Part shown: piece after piece, positions 55,440 to 64,000 of the stretch | How the letters are laid out: every line of letters starts with the position of its first letter | How positions within the stretch are numbered: the stretch's first letter is position 1 | Position numbers and translations under genes: made by a program | Source: Adineta vaga | Lineage: Eukaryota; Animalia; Rotifera | Direction of reading: 5' to 3' | DNA length: 64,000 nucleotides | NCBI GenBank assembly: GCA_021613535.1 | Contig: CP075495.1 | Location: 9,734,001 to 9,798,000, forward strand | Notes under the pieces: generated by a model | Database searches by the model: none | What the model saw: only the letters and a program-made list of their open reading frames with translations | Told to the model about the DNA's origin: nothing

Positions 55440-57164
55440 TCTTATTCGAATTCTAAAATAATGAATGACTTTCAACGACAATGGGACTGCTTTTATATTC
55501 GCATTTTTCTTCTTTTCTACTAACGTATAGATCAAATTAAAATTGTTATTAAAAAGGTTTTAGATTTCGAAAAATATCCAAATAATATTTATTATTGATA
55601 TATCAAATAACAACGAAAGAAAAATGGACATTCGTCATTTTATTCGAAAATATTTATTAAACATTATCAACATCCATTTCTCTGCAGAAATTTGACATTG
55701 AAATTTGATCATATGTTGTAAATATTTTATTTTTTTGTTGTGCACTTTTTCGTTCATTTGTTTTTCAAAATAATCATTGAGAAATGTTTTATAAGTTTAG
55801 TGGGGAAAGGCCTAAATCATATTTCAATTTGAATATGATATCATTTAATAGTTTTCAAGAAAAAAAGGAAGAAGTTTAAATCAAGTTTTGTGCAACAGTT
55901 AATATCAAGATGAAAAACGAGAGATAGATCTGAATTACAAGGATCAATCAAATCAAATCTCTATTCTTTCTTTGCTAAGCTTCGAATATATATAGCTAAT
56001 GACTTTTTTCTTTCAATGATTATATAATTGTTTCAAAGAGTACATGATTTTTCGTAATATTATCAAATAAGAATGTTCTCATTTGCTTTAGACTATCTCT
56101 CAATGCTTTTCAAGACTATGCAATCGTTTCTTCTATAAAAAAAATTGTAGTGAAAAGTAAATTGATAGTTCCCTATAAACAATTCATTCATCAATGAATC
56201 AACTAGATGAACACATCTGACATCATATGTTTCATCGAAACGGATAGCATTAATCATATTCCAAATGGCACTTAACATACAAATGTATATCAAGATATGA
56301 GCAAATAACTCGTTGAGAGTACTGAAATCAAATCGATGAAATAATTGAGAATGATGGTTGTATTTTCTTGAAGAGTATATACCAAATAGTTTTATTCATC
56401 GCTTTTTTTTATGCTCTCGGACATGCGCTTGTTTATAAGATTAAGTAAATTTGATTAGATTCAAGATAATTCATTTAGAAGACTATAACTTTGAGTCTTG
56501 AGATTTATGTGATGATACTCAATACAAAACAGATGTTTCATAAAATGATTGAAATGAACAAAAGAAAAAATTTCGTCGAAATTATTTCATTTCTTTGTTC
56601 TTTATTCTTATAGAATCGACATTGATTTGACCTTTTCACTTCAATACATCAATGTTATGAAATAATAGTCGAATCCATTCATTCTATCGTGAAATGCATC
56701 GATGCCAATACAAAATAGAGCCTAGCCATCGATAAGAAGAATGCCTTTCTGCTTCGAGTCACAATGTACATGTAGTAAGCGATCATTCTTTATACTTACT
56801 TTCTTTTTTTTCTTTTTTTTGTTATAGTATAGCTTCACTCGTTTCTTCTTCTTCTTATTCTTATTCTTCTTCTTCTTCGTCTATTCTCTGATCGTCATCA
56901 TGTTCAGTAGCGCTCAACGATCACAGCTGTGCTCATGTTCGTATGCGCTCATCTTAAAGAACGACGAAAAAGAGTAAAAAAAAAGTCGAGAGGAAAGTTT
57001 ACTTCTTTTTCTTGCTTTTGCTCTCTCTCTCTCCTTCCACATCATGGCATTAATGTATGGCACCTCACTTTTATATGGCAACAGTAATCTTTACACATCG
57101 ATACTATTACAAACGAAATAGAACAAGTGCGTGATTTACATTTTAAACAAAAGTGAACGTTATC

Positions 57165-60100
57165 ATGGATATATCATTACAGAAAATTCCGCCTAATAAT
57201 AGCTCATTATCCAGACATTTTTCATTTGATAATACAGCGATGTTTATCAATACAAACTATGGTTCATCAGGTAAGAGACAGAGAAAGAAAGAAAGAAAAA
57301 CGAATTCACTTCGTTTTATAAATGAATTATGCATAATCATATGCCAGATGGCATTGAAATCCACTTGGGATTGAAATTAAAAATGATTTTGATTTTGCCA
57401 GTTAATTGTCATATCGATAGACAGATCAAGGTAGAAATGTTAAAAGGCATACGGAATGTGTATCTTATATAGTGAAGTGGAAAATTTTTTGCATTCAATA
57501 AAGTAGAAACAGAAGAATTCATTCAAACTAATAATAAGATATAAAATCAAATCATTCCTTCTTCCTTTTATGATAGTGTTTGATTAATCATAAAACGATC
57601 AATATTCTGTATCATATAAAAAATAAGATTCGTCCTCTAAGTACAAGATTTTCGAATGTTTATTTATGAAAGGAAATCAATAATAGGACAAAGAAATAGT
57701 AAGTAATGTAGATTCAATATTATATAATTGAAGAAATAGAAAAAGGTTAAATATAGAATCTTTTCTCAGTTTTCCTGTTTCTTCGATAAAAAACATCTGA
57801 CAGGAAATTATTGAATAAATTTTTCTATTTCCAATCTGGTTCTTTTCTTTTAATACCTTCTATTCTAACGGGTAATGTTTCTATTGTTCCACCTTTCTTT
57901 TCTTCATTTTGTTCTTTCCGCATACGAGAGTATCACGACACGACATTTGAATGAATTAGCCACTAAGACTATACTCATACTTCTGCATAATAACAGTCTG
58001 TCTCACCATGCACACATGTATGTTTCTTTACTTCGCTCTTTTTTTTTACTCTTTTACCAAGCAGTTTCTTAAGTAACTAGTCACTTCGTCTTCCTCCTCT
58101 TCTTCTTCTTCTTCATTTTTTTCTTTTTCCGACAATTGTCTGCACCAGCTGTATGTATTTTAAGATAAAGTTTCATTTCAACTGTATTCTATCAAATGAT
58201 ACAAAATGACTGATAATCCTCTCCAATGTTCACTTTCTTGCTTATCAACTCTTCGAGAAGATTCTCAAGAAATGGATAATCAAACGATAATTAATGAACA
58301 AAATCATTATGATAATCAAAGTGATCGATCAGATTTTGATATTATCGAATCGAATTATAATATCAATGAATTAAACGATGGTATTTAATTTTAATCTATT
58401 TGAAGAGAAGAAAGGAAAAAAGAAGAAATATATCGATTGTCCTCTCTTTTTAATTGAAAAAAAACGAGAAGAAGAGAGAATTGAATATTTATCTCTGATA
58501 AATCTCTTGTGTCATCATTCGTTCTCATGTCCTTTTTGTAATCCATCAGCGACGATAGACATTGTTCATCGCACGTACTATACGTAATTACTCGCGTGTC
58601 GAAGACGATTGACTATCGTAGTAAGAGAGAGAGAGTAATGCTACTATCGTGGCTTTTTGTTTTGTTTACTTTCCTGAGTAAACATCCTTGTTTCATTGAG
58701 ACAGTCTATCTTATAGTTCATTCTCATTCGAGTTTATTTAATTGACTGTAATGAATTTATATAAACGTCATGAATTGTTAGATTTCTATCTAACATTAGG
58801 TGAATAGTTTTGTTTTATTTTTTTATTTTTGTTAAACTATTTGTGCTTGAGTAGAACATGTTCATCAAGAAACATCATTGAGTGTTCTATCAACAGCTGA
58901 TTTACTTCGAGAAAAATTGGCATTTCTTACGGGTGGTACATGTCATAATTCACCAATTATTACATTTCCCGATAATCCTCAAATTGAATTAACCCAAGAA
59001 AAATATAAAAAACTTGTGACATATTTAACGCAAGTACCAAGGTAAGACAAATGAATAGATTTTGTTCGAATGAATGACGTTCGGTTTCCGTTTTCTTTAA
59101 TATTACTAGTGAACATGAACGACAACTTGGATTCGTTCTTATTATTGATCGACGATCAGATCGATGGATGGCAGTCAAAGCAATTCTAACTTATATTGAA
59201 GTAAGATAAAAATAGTCTAGTAATTTGATATTTAAGATTCGTTGAATTATGAAATATGCTTTCACCTTTTTATTCTCGATTTCACATTATTTATTTATTA
59301 CTTTTGTATAGGCTAGGATTGAATATCTGCCAGACAAGATAAATAGTTTTTCATTGTCGTTCGAATATATTCATCTCAGAATAGTTTGATTTCAGTCACA
59401 GTAATAACTTTTGTCTGGGTGTGTATTTTCTATTGCCAGAAAGAAGAAGAAGAAAAAAAAACTCTATAGAGATAACTTCTGTTTTCCATTTACTATTACA
59501 GACATAATACTTCGGGCAGTGCTTAGCTTCTCTAAAGTATACCTTTCATATGTTGTCTAATGCTCTTAATTATAACAAATCTTGTAGGAATATTTTCCAT
59601 ATACAATTCAATGCATTTATCTTCTTCGTCCAAATTCATGGATGCAAAGAGCATTATCTCGTATTACGATTTTAAATGAAATAACCTGTATTCATCGTGT
59701 ATGTTGAAATAATTTGATTAATATTTCGAAAATTTGTATTCTTCGCGTCTTTTCATATGTGCAGTTGATTGTTTGTCGAACATTAGCGGAGCTTCATGAA
59801 CACTTAGATGCAAGTCAATTATCAAAAGATTTAGGTGGTACAATCGATTTTCGTCTATTTGAATGGATTGAACGACGAGCTGTAATTTGAAAAGATTAAA
59901 ATTCTAAATCGATATTCATCATTTTTGTTATTTTGTTAGGCGATTGAAAAATTAACTCATTCGATTCATGAATTAAGTGAAATGTTATTAGTTTTTATTA
60001 AACAATGTGATGAAATCGAATTTCCTAATGCAGTTGATTCCACTCAACAATTACTTCTTCAACATTCAACACAAAAGAATGAACTTGAACAAGAATTATT

Positions 60101-63100
60101 ACGAATAAAAACGTAAGATTTCTTTGTATTTTTTTCTAAGTTATGTTTTCATGTTATTCAAAAATGAACATATCAAATGTATTTAAATGATCAATGAACT
60201 CGTAATTTTCATTTTTATCAAATAAGAACAATTCATCATTGTTTCGAGTATATAGATCTTCTAGACATCTGAAGTATCTGTTGTCGAGTCGATGTCTATA
60301 TGCACAAAAAGAAAGAACGATAGAAAAAAAAGACATTAAATGAAGATGAAGAAAGAGAGGAAGGTGTACATATAATACTTTACTCGATGCGCTGTTCTTT
60401 TCTCTTTTAATCGACAAGATGACTGCGTCTAGATGATGATCATGATCGTCATCATCATCATCATCATCATCGTTCTTTTATATTACTTTGTTGATTTTGT
60501 ACGTACTTTTGTTTCATATTGTCCTTCTGCATACATTCTAGGTGGGGTCATTCACTCTTATGTATTATACGACAACAGCACAAATCATCTTCATCATTTC
60601 ATACTAATAATCTACTTGCCGAAAATGATGATATTCACGATCTTCTTCTAGCACCCGATCAAGCAGCTCATGCTCGTGCTTGTGCTAAGTAAGTGTGTCA
60701 TTTCATCAAAATAAAATGTTATTCTTTTATGATACATCCTAAATGAAATATGATGATATTTTTTGTTTATACGACTGTTATTATTTTCCATCTTTCATTC
60801 CTTCTGATTATAATTGCTTTTTTTCTTTCTTTTGGTTTATCTAAGAAAAGAAAATTCGATATATTTTTCTAGTGCTCTAACACATGTAGACAATAGTGAA
60901 TGTATTCTTCAACAATTTTGGTGTTTACATGAAGGACGTTTAAATCGTTGTCTTGCTTTACGTCGTTTCGAACAACGTTTTAAAGAAATTCAATGTAGTT
61001 TTATTCAATTACATAATAATCTTACTCAGTTACCTGATATAAATACAAGTTTACTTCGATTTGAATGCTATCGAACTGATAATAACAATAACATAAGAGA
61101 AGAAATTGATCAAACATTGATCCATCTTGATGACCTTTCACAGCGTACGCAAGTAATAATATCATTCAATGTTATTCTATCATCAGGATATACATACATA
61201 TACATATATATCACTATAGACTATGATCAGTCAAGCAACCCTTCTAGCAAATGATGGCCTTGATCTGATTATGGAACAACAGAAACAACAATCGACAACT
61301 TATGGCATTGATTCTATTGAACCGAAATGTCAAGAATTAGAAGACATGAAAAGAAATCTAACGGAACAAATCGATGAAAAACGTCATAATTTGAAATTAT
61401 TACGAACATATATCGACAAACTGGAATCGGTAATGGAAAAAATGAAGAAACATGAAACTATATATATATATCTTATTCATATTATTTTTAGATTAACAAT
61501 TGGTGTACACGTGGTAAAGATATGTTAGCTATGCATCCAATTCATTTATCCAATGATAAAGCTAGTCGTTCACTAACGGAATTAGAACATTTCCTTTCGG
61601 ATTTGTCAACGATTAATTTAGATGAATTACAGCATGCGTCAACACCTGAACCACTTCGTGTAAGTTATAGTATATGTTTTTGTATTTTAAGAAATAACCG
61701 TAACTCTATCGCAAAAATTCTGATGTTTCGCTTATTTCCTTAGTTTTCATTCATAATTAAATTTTATCATTGATTTTCTTTGAAGTTTATCGAAAGAATT
61801 CTAACGAGAATCTAATGACGATGACTGTCAGATTCGAGGGTTTAGGATTAATTAGATTGGAAAGATGACAGAAAGACAAATATCAAACAGCTACGCTATA
61901 GGAGATCTTCATGTAGTTATAGCTCTAAGCTTGAAAAATAAACAGAATCGATTACATAGAAACGATGGATTTTCTCAAGGACTTTTTCCCATTTTTTTTT
62001 GTGTCTTTCTTACATATGTATTGATAACATTTATTGAATTATTCTTCCATAGTCCATGATTAGTCAAGTATTTAATCGTGTCAATGATGTTCGAGATTTA
62101 TGTGAAAAACGTTGTGAACAACTTCGACGTTTAGCTTTACCAATCCATCGACCTATACAACGTGTACATCCATTGTCACTTCAACAAACAGAATCATTGA
62201 ATCTTATTAGTACAACAACATCACTTTTACAACAACAAATGAATGAACATTTGATCTCCTCTGATAATGATCACAATCTTTCTTCGTCATCATCCTCATC
62301 AAATCATAATAATAACAGCAATAATATGACACATAGTGATTGTACGATTGCTCAAAATACAAAAATGGATAAGAAACAACGGTAAGATTCATTGAGTAGA
62401 AGTATGTAGAACTATTTTAACTATTTCATTTCAATATAGACATGTTGTTACTGAATTGTTAGTAACGGAACAAGTTTATGTAGAAGAATTACGTACAATT
62501 ATTGAGGTAATGATAAATATATTTTACTAGTTTTATTTGAATTGATATGAATAGGGCTATATGCTCAAATTTGATGAACCAGAACGATATCGTTATTTAC
62601 CACCGACAATTATACAAAATAAATCAGTCCTCTTTTCCAATTTACCGGATATTTACGCATTTCATGCTACGTAAGCATCTATGTCGTTTTTGTTTTTGCT
62701 TTTATTATTGATTTATTCATTCATCCATTTAAATATAATTTAGATCCTTTCTTCGCGATCTTAAACAAATCTATGATGATCCATCTGTATCGAATACAAG
62801 CTCAATTGGCAGTACTATTGCTACATGTTTTATCAAACGAGTAAATCTTTTCATATAATCGCATTTAAGTGAACCGAAAAGAGAATGACCTTACACTAGA
62901 AGATGATTTTACTTTTCGATTTTATCTTTATCATCTTTCGTCATGCTAACATATTCAATCTATCAATTAAGATTTACAACATATTGTTAGACTTAACATC
63001 AAATACGTAAATATCGTATGTATACGTCATAGTTGGTAGAGAAAAATCAATTGAGTTTAAAATGTATGAACAAGGAAAAGATTAGAAGAGAATCTAATTC

Positions 63101-64000
63101 AACAAATGAAAATGTCATAGGTATACATTGAACTAAATCTGATTTATCAATCTATTGTAATTTGAGATGTACACATTTCATATAGAAAAAAAAACTTGTT
63201 ACTTTATAATAACATGTCTACGATATTTAGCACAATTATTGTTTGAATGTCATTGACATGATTTTTCCAATAATCGAAGTCAAGAAGTTTCCTTACTAGA
63301 ATATCAATCAAACCTTGACTATACATCGATAAATGATATGACTGTCTCATGTCGGAACGAAGGTTAACAGCTGTATCATAGAAGTTTTTGTAAACCATGA
63401 AATCAATAACATGTGTTTGAGTAATGATTGATCGAGAAAAATACTTACAGCATAATAGTTGTATGTTGACACAATGTCATGATAGGATCAAGTGCATGAG
63501 TATCCTCAAGGAAAATAAGCATCAAAAATTTGTCCATAGAATAATTCATTATGTTTACGTTATTCAATGATAATATCTTTATTTTTTTTTGTTTAGAAAT
63601 CAAATTTTAAATTATACGAACAATATGTGCTCAATAAATCTCAATCAGAACGTATTTGGGAACAATTTTGTTCTGGACATCCATTTTTTACAGTATATAA
63701 AACACATTCTTCTTTCATTGACAATAAAATCAAGTTTATCTAATCGAATTCTTTTAGAAAATCCAACAATCACTTGGGCATCGTCTTCCATTAGATTCTT
63801 ATCTATTAAAACCAATTCAACGAATTACACAATATCAACTTTTACTCAAAGTAAATGAAATTTCTTGAAATCATTTTTTATCTTTACTCTCTTACGAAAA
63901 AAAAGGAATTAATCAAATATACACGTAATGAACAAGAATGTTTACATTTACAAGAAGCTCTTCGTGTAATGCTTAACATCTTATCTGATTTAAATGATGT
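57165..64000 (+). CDS. MCF2L: Dbl-family RhoGEF, Dbs/MCF2L-like (Sec14/CRAL-TRIO, spectrin, DH); 3' truncated; two alternative first exons
   Basis: LAFLTGG...PIITFP, GFVLIIDRRSDRW, LDASQLSKDLGG, DH RHVVTELLVTEQVYVEEL...LFSNLPDIYAFH...LPLDSYLLKPIQRITQYQLLLKEL. Confidence 0.85.

Overview
AT-rich eukaryotic (metazoan) genomic DNA with dense, mostly 45-70 nt GT-AG introns and heavy CGA/CGT Arg usage. This is most consistent with a bdelloid rotifer; the taxon is an inference from composition and gene content. I hand-spliced about 21 protein-coding genes: Bax/Bcl-2-like (5' truncated), tandem-ACD small HSP, two neuropeptide-like precursors, an EGF/mucin-like secreted protein, SLBP, DPF/Requiem, an SLC49/DIRC2-like MFS transporter, an orphan coiled-coil protein, two paralogous EGF+CBM14 proteins, a Slo1/BK channel, a Pox-neuro-like Pax, tektin-3/5, MKK7, AMPK-gamma, Rab27, an ARM-TIR-SAM protein, villin, an NR1J-like nuclear receptor and a Dbs/MCF2L-like RhoGEF (3' truncated). 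I could not support any rRNA, tRNA, CRISPR array or autonomous transposon. The most notable observations are a Poxn-like protein with only the PAI half of the paired domain, a GC-rich self-complementary ~200-nt element just downstream of it, a divergent SLBP, an ARM-TIR-SAM candidate NADase, and 3-4 single-base frame breaks in otherwise intact genes (assembly error, degenerate allele, or rescue by unusual splicing). All splice models were read by eye and need RNA-seq confirmation.
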